Notes under the pieces: generated by a model
The model's input: the letters and a program-made list of their open reading frames with translations, nothing else
Databases searched by the model: none
Told to the model about the DNA's origin: nothing
Part shown: piece by piece, positions 9,215 through 18,276 of the stretch
How positions within the stretch are numbered: the first letter of the stretch is position 1
How the letters are laid out: each line of letters begins with the position of its first letter
Assembly: GCA_050633305.1 (NCBI GenBank)
Contig: JBOEGF010000022.1
Location: 64,001 to 128,000 of the forward strand
Direction: 5' to 3'
Length of the DNA: 64,000 nt
Origin: Nannocystales bacterium
GTDB lineage: Bacteria > Myxococcota_A > Polyangia > Nannocystales > Nannocystaceae
Program-made: the position numbers and the translations under genes

Positions 9215-10852
9215 ATGTCGTCCTTTCGGCGTGATTTCCTGACGCTCTCGGGATTGGCGACCGCATCCCTGCTGCTGCCTGGGCGGGCGTGGGCCATGCC
9301 CACCGGGGCTCGGAAGCCGGCGCCGGGGTCGCCTCCTCCCACTGCGGGTGGTGCCAACGGTGCGTTGACGCGCAGCCGGGTGCCTGCCGACCTGCCGATC
9401 GCCAAGAAGGCCATCGACGCAGCGATCGCCGCAGGGGCCAGCTACGCCGATGCTCGCCTGGTGCTCTATCGGACCGAGTCCATCGGGGTCCGTGATGACC
9501 ACGTGCAGGCGGTCTCGCACCATGAGGACTACGGCATCGGCGTACGTGTCATCGCAAACGGTGGGTGGGGCTTTGCGGCCGCGCCCCGGGTGGACGAGAA
9601 GACGGTGGTTGGACTCGCGAAGACGGCCGTCGATGCTGCCAAGCGCAGCGGGGCCCTGCTCAAGAGCCTGGGCCAAGCACCGGTCGAATGGGCGGCGGCT
9701 CCGGTCGCCACAGGTACGTGGGTATCGCCCTTCGAGGTCGACCCGTTCGAGGTCTCGCTCGCCGACAAGGCGGCGCTCCTGGTGGACGCGGCCAAGGCCG
9801 TGCTGAACAAGCCCGGGGTCGCCCATGCCTCGGCCGGGGTTTCGATCGTCGGAGAGGATCGTGGCTTCGTGAGCAGCGAGGGGGCCCAGGTCCACCAGAT
9901 CGCGTACCGACTTGCCCCGCGGCTCTCCGCCTCTGCGGTCAACCGCCGCTTGGGTCGCTTCGCCAGTCGCGACCTCGAAGTCGCGGGCATGCAGGCGGGG
10001 TGGGAGTACGTGCAGGGGCTCAATTTGGAAGGGCAGGCGGCCGACATCGGCCAAGACGCGCTGCGTAAGCTGCACGCGGCACCCGTCGAGCCCGGCACAC
10101 GAAACGTCATCCTGGCACCGAGCAACCTGTGGCTCACGATCCACGAGAGCATCGGACACCCGACCGAGCTCGATCGTGCGATGGGCCTCGAGGCCGACAT
10201 GGCAGGCACGAGCTTCTTGCGGCCCGAAGACGCGGGATCTCGGAAGATCGCGGCCAAGGGGGTCAACCTCGTCGCGGACCGAACCCAACCAGGCGGGCTC
10301 GCGACCACGGGCTGGGACGATGACGGGGTGCAGCCTGGACGGTGGGACATCGTCCGCGACGGCACGTTCGTCGGCTGGCAGACCACCCGCGATCAAGCGG
10401 GCTGGGCGGGGGAGACCAGCAGCCGCGGGTGCAGCTATGGCCAGCGCTACTCGGGGGTCGCGTTCCAGCGCATGCCCAACGTGAGCCTGCAGCCGGGTGC
10501 CGAGGGTTACACCACCGAAGACCTGATCGGCGCCACCGAAGACGGTGTACTCATCTCCGGACGCGGCAGCTGGTCCATCGATCAGCAGCGCTACAACTTC
10601 CAGTTCTCGGGACAGATGTTCTGGGAGGTCAAGCGCGGTCGCATCACCAGGCCGTTGCGCGATGTCGCGTACCAGGCCAACACCGTCGACTTCTGGAAGT
10701 CCTGCGACATGGTGGGCGGGGAGGGGACCTACCGCCTCGGCGGTACGTTCGGTGACGGAAAAGGGCAGCCCATGCAGTCCAACGCCGTCAGCCACGGCTG
10801 CCCGCCCGCGCGCTTCGAGGCCAACATTGTGAACACCGGAGGTGGCAAATGA
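9215..10852 (+). CDS. tldD: TldD family metalloprotease with twin-arginine signal
   Basis: MSSFRRDFL..AWA Tat signal; YAD.R, G.G.R....GWGFA, HESIGH metal motif, RMPN, C-terminal SHGCP. Confidence 0.88.
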   Translation: MSSFRRDFLTLSGLATASLLLPGRAWAMPTGARKPAPGSPPPTAGGANGALTRSRVPADLPIAKKAIDAAIAAGASYADARLVLYRTESIGVRDDHVQAVSHHEDYGIGVRVIANGGWGFAAAPRVDEKTVVGLAKTAVDAAKRSGALLKSLGQAPVEWAAAPVATGTWVSPFEVDPFEVSLADKAALLVDAAKAVLNKPGVAHASAGVSIVGEDRGFVSSEGAQVHQIAYRLAPRLSASAVNRRLGRFASRDLEVAGMQAGWEYVQGLNLEGQAADIGQDALRKLHAAPVEPGTRNVILAPSNLWLTIHESIGHPTELDRAMGLEADMAGTSFLRPEDAGSRKIAAKGVNLVADRTQPGGLATTGWDDDGVQPGRWDIVRDGTFVGWQTTRDQAGWAGETSSRGCSYGQRYSGVAFQRMPNVSLQPGAEGYTTEDLIGATEDGVLISGRGSWSIDQQRYNFQFSGQMFWEVKRGRITRPLRDVAYQANTVDFWKSCDMVGGEGTYRLGGTFGDGKGQPMQSNAVSHGCPPARFEANIVNTGGGK

Positions 10853-12180
10853 GCCTTCGCGAGAATCAAGCCAAGACGATCATCAATCAGGCTCTGGGCC
10901 AGGCTTCGCTTGGAGACGTGCGCGTTTCGGTCCGTGCGGACAAAGGAGGCAACGCTCGCTGGGGTGCGTCGATGCCGACGACCAGCGGAGACATCGAGAC
11001 GTTGAACGTGTCGGTCACCGCTGTGACTCGTGAGCACCGCAAGGCCACCGCCAGTGGCAACGACACGTCGAAGGCTGGGCTGGCCAAGCTCGTGCAGCAA
11101 GCCGAAACGATGGCTGCGCTTGCGCCCGTCGACCCCGAGTTCATGCCCGCGCGGGGAAAGACGAGCTATCTGTCGTCTTCCGCGTTCGACCGCAAGGTGT
11201 CGACGATGAAGGCATCGGGCCGAAGCCCGATCGTCAAGGCGATCATCGGAGCGGGAAAGGGCCAGGGCTTGGAGATGTCCGGCATCCTCTCGCACCGCGA
11301 TCGGGCCATCGCGGCCGGCGACCGGGCTGGCTTGTTCGGGTATGCCCGCACGACACGGATGCTGGCCAGCACGACCGCACGCACCGCCGATGGGACGGGG
11401 AGCGCCAAGGCTGCGCGGGTCGGTTTTGCGGCGGACACCGTGGATGGCGCCGCACTGGCGTCCGAAGCCGCACTGTGGTCTCTGCGAAGCAAGGAACCCA
11501 CGGGGCTCGATCCCGGAGACTACACGGTCGTTCTCGCTCCACAGGCGGTCTCCGATCTTCTCGGCTTCCTGATCGGCGAGATGTCGCACCGCAAGGCGTT
11601 CGAGGGACGCAGCTTCTTCTCGGCCGGTGAGGGGGACACGAAGATCGGTCAGGCGTTGTTTGGTTCGGCGATCACGCTGAGCTCGGATCCGACCGACGCG
11701 AAGAATCCCGCTTCGATCATGACGGGGAGCGGCGACCCGCAGCCCAAGGTCACGTGGATCGAGGCCGGTGTGCTTCGAGCGCTGCGCTCGGGTCGCTATT
11801 GGTCGAGCAAGACCGGGGTCGCGGTTCGTCCCATGCCCTCCTCCCTTCACCTCGCCGGGGGTTCCGGGTCTTTGGATGACCTCATCGCGAAGGTCGACAA
11901 GGGCGTGTTGGTGAGTCGCTTTTGGTACAACCGGATGCTCCAGCCTCGCTCGATCCTGGCGACGGGGCTGACGCGGGACGGAACGTTTTGGATCGAAGAC
12001 GGCAAGATCGTCCGCCCGATCAAGAACATGCGCTACAACGACAGCCCGCTCACCCTGCTGACCAAGGCGTCGGCGATGGGTGCTTCGGTTCGCGCCGGTG
12101 GGACGTTTGATCGCACCGATGTGGTGCCGCCGATGATCGTGGACGGCTTCCACTTCGACAGCAGCTCCGACGCGGTGTAG
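10849..12180 (+). CDS. pmbA: TldE/PmbA family protein
   Basis: ATGA overlap with tldD; LDPGDYTVVLAPQAV, TGLTRDGTFWIEDG.I..PIKNMRYN; no HExxxH. Confidence 0.85.
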   Translation: MSLRENQAKTIINQALGQASLGDVRVSVRADKGGNARWGASMPTTSGDIETLNVSVTAVTREHRKATASGNDTSKAGLAKLVQQAETMAALAPVDPEFMPARGKTSYLSSSAFDRKVSTMKASGRSPIVKAIIGAGKGQGLEMSGILSHRDRAIAAGDRAGLFGYARTTRMLASTTARTADGTGSAKAARVGFAADTVDGAALASEAALWSLRSKEPTGLDPGDYTVVLAPQAVSDLLGFLIGEMSHRKAFEGRSFFSAGEGDTKIGQALFGSAITLSSDPTDAKNPASIMTGSGDPQPKVTWIEAGVLRALRSGRYWSSKTGVAVRPMPSSLHLAGGSGSLDDLIAKVDKGVLVSRFWYNRMLQPRSILATGLTRDGTFWIEDGKIVRPIKNMRYNDSPLTLLTKASAMGASVRAGGTFDRTDVVPPMIVDGFHFDSSSDAV

Positions 12181-12198
12181 GACACCCTCCGACCGACT

Positions 12199-12522
12199 TT
12201 GGCCTTTTTGGTCCAAAGCACTCAAGACGTGGCCCACGCGGACGATGGCCCGGATGTGTCTCTCCCCGCCGCACTGCTCGAGTTCCCGGTCGTCGTCTCT
12301 GTCGATCAGCCTGCCGCCAACGATCGGCCAATGGTCGGGACTCCGATCGAGCGGCCGAACACGCTGTCGGTCTGGGACCTGTTCGAGGCGCTGCAAGACG
12401 CCGTCGACGAGTCCGGCGCAACGCCCTCGGAGACGGATGCGCTGGTGATGGCCGCCTACTTCGAGGTTCAGCAGTCGGTCGTTTCGGGGTCCGCCGAGGA
12501 CCGCGGCGACTGGCTGAGCTGA
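12199..12522 (+). CDS. Small hypothetical protein
   Basis: 107-aa ORF with plausible codon usage fills the gap; 3' end overlaps the convergent YihY gene. Confidence 0.3.
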   Translation: MAFLVQSTQDVAHADDGPDVSLPAALLEFPVVVSVDQPAANDRPMVGTPIERPNTLSVWDLFEALQDAVDESGATPSETDALVMAAYFEVQQSVVSGSAEDRGDWLS

Positions 12523-13847
12523 GCGTAGGTGAGCGAGCCGATCTCCGCCTCCCGTGAGGCGTCGAGTTTTGCCCAGACCTCCCCAAGCCGATCGCTGCGG
12601 GGGTTTCGGGCGTGGTCGCGGTCGAACAACTCGATCACCTCAACGACGGTGATCTGGTCCAGCGGACGTCCGGGGACCCACAGCCGTCCGTCACCATCGG
12701 CTTCGAGGAGCAGCCCCGCCCGTTCGAGCCGCGTCAGCGACTCTTGAACGACATCGAGGCCGAGGCCGAAGCGCTCCGCGAGCACGTCTTCGCGCAGGCC
12801 GGCGTCGCGCCTGGAGAAGTGGTCGGCGATCGCGAGCATCAACCGCGCCGCGGTGCGTCCGGAGGGCTGCTGGATCGCCAGTCGATCCAGGACGTACCGG
12901 TTGAGATAGCCCATCAGTGCAATCGAGCGCTGGTGCTGCTTGACGTAGGCGATCTGGGCACCGAGCAGCACCACCATCCACGACAGGTACGACCAGACCA
13001 GCAGAATGGGGAGGATCGCGAGCGGGCCGTAGAGGCCTTCATAGGTGACCAGCGCAAACCGGGTCGCGTAGATGCCAAAGCCGAGTTTGGCGATCTCGAG
13101 CAGCGCGGCCGAGACGACCCCGCCTATGATCGCGCCGCCCCACTGCACCGCTGTATTGGGGAGAAAGCGGTTGAGCGCGATGAGCCCGAGCGTGCTGGTC
13201 AGCCAAGGAACACCCAGCGCAGAGTCGAGGCCGGGGACCAGCGGGTGGGCCACGCTGTAGAGGATCAGCAGCGGGCCCAACGTCGCCAGCGTGTAAAACA
13301 TCGTGAACTTGATCAGGACCGAACGACGTCGGTTGACCCGCCAGATGCGGTTGAACGTGCGCTCGAGCGTTTGAAACAGGACAAACGCGATGACCAGGGT
13401 GACGAGAAAACCCCACGCGCCGAGGTTGCCGATGGTGACGTTCTCGGCGAGGGCGAGGGCGCCTTCGGCCATCTCGTTGGCGCGGGCTCCCTCGGGGACC
13501 AGAGAACGGAAGAGATCGCTGAGCAGGCGTCGCCCCGATGTCTCGTCCATCAACCCGACGACGAGCAGCGCGGTGCCGATGATCGGGACCGCCGAGAGCA
13601 GCGTGTGCAAGGTGAGGATCGCTGCCATGCCGGCGCAGCGGTCTTCGACGAAGAACCTCCGCGAAACGTAGGCACCCAGCAGGTACAGGCGTCGCGATTC
13701 GCGGACCTCGAATTCAGGGGCGCGTGGGACGACCTGACCGCGCAAGGATTGGAAAGCGGCGACACTCACCCGCCACCACCGAGGTCCCGATGGTGGGGGG
13801 TCCTCCTGCGACACGGGCTGGGAGGCGGGCGTCGCCGGCTCGCTCAC
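12468..13847 (-). CDS. YihY/BrkB family inner membrane protein with C-terminal Rrf2-like HTH
   Basis: AA.L...TLLS.VP, E.TFNRIW, YEGLYGPLAILPILLVWSYLSW.VVLLGA; winged-helix C-terminus ending P.RPLDQITV. Confidence 0.88.
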   Translation of the reverse strand: MSEPATPASQPVSQEDPPPSGPRWWRVSVAAFQSLRGQVVPRAPEFEVRESRRLYLLGAYVSRRFFVEDRCAGMAAILTLHTLLSAVPIIGTALLVVGLMDETSGRRLLSDLFRSLVPEGARANEMAEGALALAENVTIGNLGAWGFLVTLVIAFVLFQTLERTFNRIWRVNRRRSVLIKFTMFYTLATLGPLLILYSVAHPLVPGLDSALGVPWLTSTLGLIALNRFLPNTAVQWGGAIIGGVVSAALLEIAKLGFGIYATRFALVTYEGLYGPLAILPILLVWSYLSWMVVLLGAQIAYVKQHQRSIALMGYLNRYVLDRLAIQQPSGRTAARLMLAIADHFSRRDAGLREDVLAERFGLGLDVVQESLTRLERAGLLLEADGDGRLWVPGRPLDQITVVEVIELFDRDHARNPRSDRLGEVWAKLDASREAEIGSLTYAQLSQSPRSSADPETTDC

Positions 13848-14605
13848 GCCTCTCCGCTGGCTCGCTGCGGGGGCTTCTTGGCGGCCTTGGGGCGGTTGGC
13901 TTTTTTCTGCGCCGCGATCGCGTCGCGAAGCGGCTCGGCAAGGGTCTCGAGCGCCTCGCGCAGATGCCCCAACGCCTTCTCGACGGGGACGACCTTGTCG
14001 TCGTCGAGGCCTTCGATCTCGGGAAGAATGTCGGCGAGCTTGCGTGCTGCGCCGAGGGCCTTTTGGATCGAGTCGAGCTCTTCGGCACCTTGTGGCTTGG
14101 GTCGAAGGATCGGGTCGAAGCGACGTCGCAACTCCGCAACGGACTGGCCTTCGTCAAAGACGGCGGTGCGTAGATCTTTGAGGACCTCGCGGGGGGCTGG
14201 CGGAGCCTCACCGGTGCTGGGCATGCGCTGCTCGGCCGGCTTGTTGGCGGCGTTGACCGCTTTGCCGAAGTAGTCGACAGCCTGCAGGCTCGGTACTTCT
14301 TTCTCCACGCCGTCCCAGCGAAGCACCGAAGGCGCGAGTCGCTTGAGGGTGGAGAACGACATCACCAACTTGTCGACGGTCCCCCGCCGGAGGTGAAGTT
14401 CTTGAGTGCAGTACGCATAGAACTCGTCGAACCCCCACGCTTCGTAGGACCCGCCGTCGCGGATCTGAACGAGGGTTTGGGCGAGTTCGACCCAGGAACG
14501 TTTGAAGGCCTGGGTGATGCGCAAGGCATCGAGTCTCAGGGGCTCTGCACCGCTCTGCTCGAGTCGTTCCAGCAGAGCCGCGATCTTCTCACTAGCTTGC
14601 GCCAC
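13844..14605 (-). CDS. Conserved-looking helical hypothetical protein (possible DNA-binding)
   Basis: FKRSWVELAQ.L......YEAWGF..F..YC..ELHLR..TVDKL pattern and Lys-rich tail; translationally coupled to YihY. Start GTG 14605 inferred. Confidence 0.7.
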   Translation of the reverse strand: MAQASEKIAALLERLEQSGAEPLRLDALRITQAFKRSWVELAQTLVQIRDGGSYEAWGFDEFYAYCTQELHLRRGTVDKLVMSFSTLKRLAPSVLRWDGVEKEVPSLQAVDYFGKAVNAANKPAEQRMPSTGEAPPAPREVLKDLRTAVFDEGQSVAELRRRFDPILRPKPQGAEELDSIQKALGAARKLADILPEIEGLDDDKVVPVEKALGHLREALETLAEPLRDAIAAQKKANRPKAAKKPPQRASGEA

Positions 14606-14799
14606 GGCCGCGTCATATAGCACCGGCTCGCCCGCGGTGGTACCTTGGCGTTGTGTCCGTGCCCGAAGGGCGGTCGAAGACTGCGTTGCGCGGCGCCGAC
14701 GTCTCTGCGCGGGCGGTTGCGCCCACCCTCCTCCCAGAGGGGCTCCCCGATGGGCTTCGACGCGGGCTTCCGGCTTCTGCGTCGGTTGGGCTCGCGCAC

Positions 14800-16404
14800 A
14801 TGCCCACGGTGCCCCCGGATTCCGCCGACGGTGCACAGGGGCCCAATACGGTCCGGCCCGGCCATGGGAAGACGCGGCAGTTCCGGCTCGGGGCAACGTT
14901 CTTGCCCGATCCAGAACCGGAAGCCGCGCCCGACACCCTGCTTGGGGCCGAGGACCGGTACCGGGTCGTTCGGTTTTTGGGGCAGGGCGGGATGGGCCGG
15001 GTCTACGAGGCGCGCCGAGAACGCGACGGACGTCTCGCGGCGGTCAAGGTGCTTCGAAACGACCGTGCGACCGGCAACCCTGCCGAGCTGATCGCGAGGT
15101 TCAGACAAGAGGCGTCGGCGGCATCGCGCGTCGGCCACCGGGGGATCGTCGAGATGTTGGGTTTCGAGCAAACGCCCGACGGCCAGGTGATCGTCGCGAT
15201 GGAGCTCCTCCAAGGCGAGCCGCTTGAGGATTGGATGGCGCGCGAGGGGACGCTCGGCAAGGGCCTGGAGTTACTCGCGGCGTTGTGCGATGCACTCCAC
15301 GCTGCGCACGAGGCCGGCATCGTTCATCGCGACATCAAGCCGGCGAACCTCTTTCTTCATCGTGAGCAAGACGGAAGCTTGCGGCCGACGGTGCTCGACT
15401 TCGGCTTGGCCAAGGTCGAGCTTCCCGATCACACGCAGATCGAGACCGCGGCAGGCACGGTGTTGGGAACCCCGTACTACCTCGCGCCGGAGCGAGCCCT
15501 GGGCAAGCCCCTGGATCGCCGCGCCGATCTCTACAGTGTGGGTGTCGTCCTGTACGAGCTCATCACGGGTTCACTTCCCTTTGAGGCCAACTCATTCATG
15601 GCTGTGCTCGAGGGTCATGTGCGGCGGGTGCCCCTGGACCCACGGCAGGCGGCTCCCGAGCGTCCGATCCCCCCGGCAGTCTCCGAGTTGGCGATGGGGC
15701 TGCTCGCCAAGGACCCCGATGTTCGGCCGCAGACCGCCGCGGAGGTCGCCACGGCGCTGCGAGCGTTGCTGGCGGAACACCCCGGCGAACTTCAACGCTG
15801 CCCGACGGGACCGCGAGTGCGGGTGGATGCGGGTGCCGACACGATCTCCGTCCTCGCGCTGGCTGCCGGTCACACCGCGGCACCCGTCGCGGCGACCACA
15901 GCCTCCGCGGATGCGATCACCGTTGCGCCCGGTGTCGGGGGCGCTGCAGCTTCGGCTGAGCATCCTCGGCAGGTCGGCTCGTCGTCCTCAGCTCGTCCAG
16001 GCCTCAAGTTACTTGTTCTCGCTGCGGTTGTGCTCGTGGGTCTCGGGTTCGCTGTGGTTGTCCGGTGGGATCCCGCGGGGCCCCGCCCCGCCCGGACGCC
16101 GTCCTCCGCCCCGTCGCCGAGCAGCCTCGCCGAACCAGCCGCTACCGCGGCGGCAGAGTCGCCCAAACCGCCTGCGGAGCCGCCTGTGGCTTCGGTCGAA
16201 CCTCTCGAGTCGGTGGTCGCGGTCCCCAAGCCGCGACCTGCCAAAGTCGCCGCGCCGCAGGCCACCGCCAAGCCGGCAGGGGGTGGTACAAACGCGTCGG
16301 CGAAGAAGCCCCGGCGGCGTAAACCTGTGGTCGTCCCACAGCCGCCGGCCGCACCACCCAAGTCTTCGCTACCCGCCTTCAAAGACCAAGTCTATGAAGA
16401 TTGA
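14800..16404 (+). CDS. Hanks-type Ser/Thr protein kinase with TM helix and Pro-rich C-terminus
   Basis: GQGGMGRVY, AVK, HRDIKPAN, DFG, GTPYYLAPE. Confidence 0.93.
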   Translation: MPTVPPDSADGAQGPNTVRPGHGKTRQFRLGATFLPDPEPEAAPDTLLGAEDRYRVVRFLGQGGMGRVYEARRERDGRLAAVKVLRNDRATGNPAELIARFRQEASAASRVGHRGIVEMLGFEQTPDGQVIVAMELLQGEPLEDWMAREGTLGKGLELLAALCDALHAAHEAGIVHRDIKPANLFLHREQDGSLRPTVLDFGLAKVELPDHTQIETAAGTVLGTPYYLAPERALGKPLDRRADLYSVGVVLYELITGSLPFEANSFMAVLEGHVRRVPLDPRQAAPERPIPPAVSELAMGLLAKDPDVRPQTAAEVATALRALLAEHPGELQRCPTGPRVRVDAGADTISVLALAAGHTAAPVAATTASADAITVAPGVGGAAASAEHPRQVGSSSSARPGLKLLVLAAVVLVGLGFAVVVRWDPAGPRPARTPSSAPSPSSLAEPAATAAAESPKPPAEPPVASVEPLESVVAVPKPRPAKVAAPQATAKPAGGGTNASAKKPRRRKPVVVPQPPAAPPKSSLPAFKDQVYED

Positions 16405-17083
16405 CCGCTTCGCCCCGCGCCCCCGTCTTGCCGCTTCTCTGCGTTTGGCTGCGTGCCTCACGGTCATCCCCGCGTTGACCATGCTGGGACCGATCCACGC
16501 GGCCACGGCGGCACCGCTTCCGATGGTCGTGACGCCCCCTGCGGCGGCGGAGCCTGGAGACCTCAGCGCCCAGGCCGACGCGGCCGTTGCGGCCCGAGAG
16601 GCCGACCCGACCCCTGCCGCGTGGCGTGCGGAGGCCCAGGCGAAAGAAGCGATGGGCGACCTTCGAGGCGCCGAGGCTGCCTACGCGGGCGAGCGCGACG
16701 CGTTGCCCGAGGACGACATCGATGCGCGGCGCAAAGCCGAGGTGGATTGGGAGCGCATGCGGGAACAGTCTCGGGGGGCGGTGGAGGACGAGCCTCGCTC
16801 GACCCACCGTGCGGAGCTCGACGGACAGTGGGTGGCCCCCGCCTCGCCGGAGGAGTTGCGGCCGGTTTCCCGACCCAAAGCAGACCCGACGCTCGACAAC
16901 ACGCCGAGGTCGGAGCGCATCGTGACCAAGTGGTACTTCTGGGTCACCGTCGCCGCGATCGCTGCGAGCGCCGGAGCCGTCGCCGGAATCGCGATCAAGG
17001 CAGCTCGAGATGAGCGGAGCGATTCCCTCGACGCATCCGCGCTGCAGCCGATGCCGATGTCTCCGGGCGGGTTTCGCTTCTAG
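16394..17083 (+). CDS. Secreted helical (TPR-like) protein with C-terminal membrane anchor
   Basis: Starts MKIDRF inside the 15224 ORF and overlaps the kinase stop; signal peptide; KWYFWVTVAAIAA TM segment. Confidence 0.6.
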   Translation: MKIDRFAPRPRLAASLRLAACLTVIPALTMLGPIHAATAAPLPMVVTPPAAAEPGDLSAQADAAVAAREADPTPAAWRAEAQAKEAMGDLRGAEAAYAGERDALPEDDIDARRKAEVDWERMREQSRGAVEDEPRSTHRAELDGQWVAPASPEELRPVSRPKADPTLDNTPRSERIVTKWYFWVTVAAIAASAGAVAGIAIKAARDERSDSLDASALQPMPMSPGGFRF

Positions 17084-17088
17084 GCTCG

Positions 17089-18276
17089 ATGAAGCGGTCG
17101 CTGTGGGCACTGGTGGTTGGCACGCTGCTGGCGTGTGGCGAGCCGGTGCCACCGCGTGCTGTGCTCGAAGTCGACGCGCGCCAACGCAGCGAAGGTCGTG
17201 CGGACCGCTGGGTCTTTCACGACGGGGCAGTCGTGTCCGGTCTCGTTGTCCCGACCTCGCCGGTCTCGCCGGGCGAGTCGGTATCCGTGGCTTTCCACGT
17301 TTCGAAGCCGGGACAGTTCGAGGTCTCAGTGGTACCGCCTCGTGCCGCTGCTCGGGAGGTTGCGCTCGGGGGACCGGACGCGCCGCCACCCACCGTTCCT
17401 CCGGATTTCCGCACTCGGAGTGTCCGTGTACAGGGAAAGGGGCATCTACAGGTCGAGATCCCCGTTGCTGCGCCGTGGCATCCACAGACCGCGATTGTCA
17501 CGCTGCGCCGTCTCCGGGGAAGCCGGACTTCTCCGGTGCTCGAAGGCCCGAGGCGGCGCGACGGAGTTGGGGTGCTCGCGGTGCTCGATGTTGTCCGCGC
17601 ACCGACCCGCGTCGCGGCAACCCGTGGGACGCCGAGCGTCGACGGAACGCTCGGAGAGACCTTGTGGGCGTCGGCGGCTCACACCGCGTTGGTCGACTCG
17701 CTCGTGGGGGAGCCATCGCGCCTGGGGGCGACCCGCGAAGATGCGCCGGACTGGGGTCCTACGGAGGTCGCGTTCGCATGGGACCAGGCCCATCTCTACG
17801 TCGGCGCTTGGCTTCCCGATCGGGACCTGCGTGGGACGTACACCGAGCGCGATGATCCGATCTGGAAGCAGGAGGTGTTCGAGTTGTTCGTGTTTGGCGA
17901 CGACCGACGCGCGGACTATCTGGAGCTTCAGGTCTCGCCGCGCGGCGTGCAGTTCGACGCGCGCTTCGAGCGGTACCGGAAGGGCGACGAGGCGTGGAAC
18001 GGCAACTTCGCGGCGCCGGTTTCGGTGCGCGGGACCGTGGAGGTGCCCGAAGATCGCGATGAGGGGTGGACGACCGAGTTCGCGGTTCCGTGGTCGGACA
18101 TCTGCCGTCACACCGAGGTGGAGTGCCCCGTCGCTGCGGGGATGAGCCTGCGGGTCAACGCGTTCCGCTTGGAGCGACCCCGCAAGGGCCCGACTGTGGG
18201 GTTGGCGCTGTCTCCGACGCGTGTGCCGGATTTCCATGCGCCGGAGAACTCGGCGGTATTGGAACTGTTACCCTGA
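17089..18276 (+). CDS. Lipoprotein with carbohydrate-binding family 9-like domain
   Basis: LLAC lipobox; VDG.L.E..W, WD..HLYV, RDDPIW..EVFELF, YLELQVSP.G..FD, WTTEFAVPW. Confidence 0.8.
   Translation: MKRSLWALVVGTLLACGEPVPPRAVLEVDARQRSEGRADRWVFHDGAVVSGLVVPTSPVSPGESVSVAFHVSKPGQFEVSVVPPRAAAREVALGGPDAPPPTVPPDFRTRSVRVQGKGHLQVEIPVAAPWHPQTAIVTLRRLRGSRTSPVLEGPRRRDGVGVLAVLDVVRAPTRVAATRGTPSVDGTLGETLWASAAHTALVDSLVGEPSRLGATREDAPDWGPTEVAFAWDQAHLYVGAWLPDRDLRGTYTERDDPIWKQEVFELFVFGDDRRADYLELQVSPRGVQFDARFERYRKGDEAWNGNFAAPVSVRGTVEVPEDRDEGWTTEFAVPWSDICRHTEVECPVAAGMSLRVNAFRLERPRKGPTVGLALSPTRVPDFHAPENSAVLELLP

Noticed and set aside
15224..16393. N-terminal part of the 619-aa ORF
   Set aside because: Out-of-frame overlap with the kinase; the real start is 16394.
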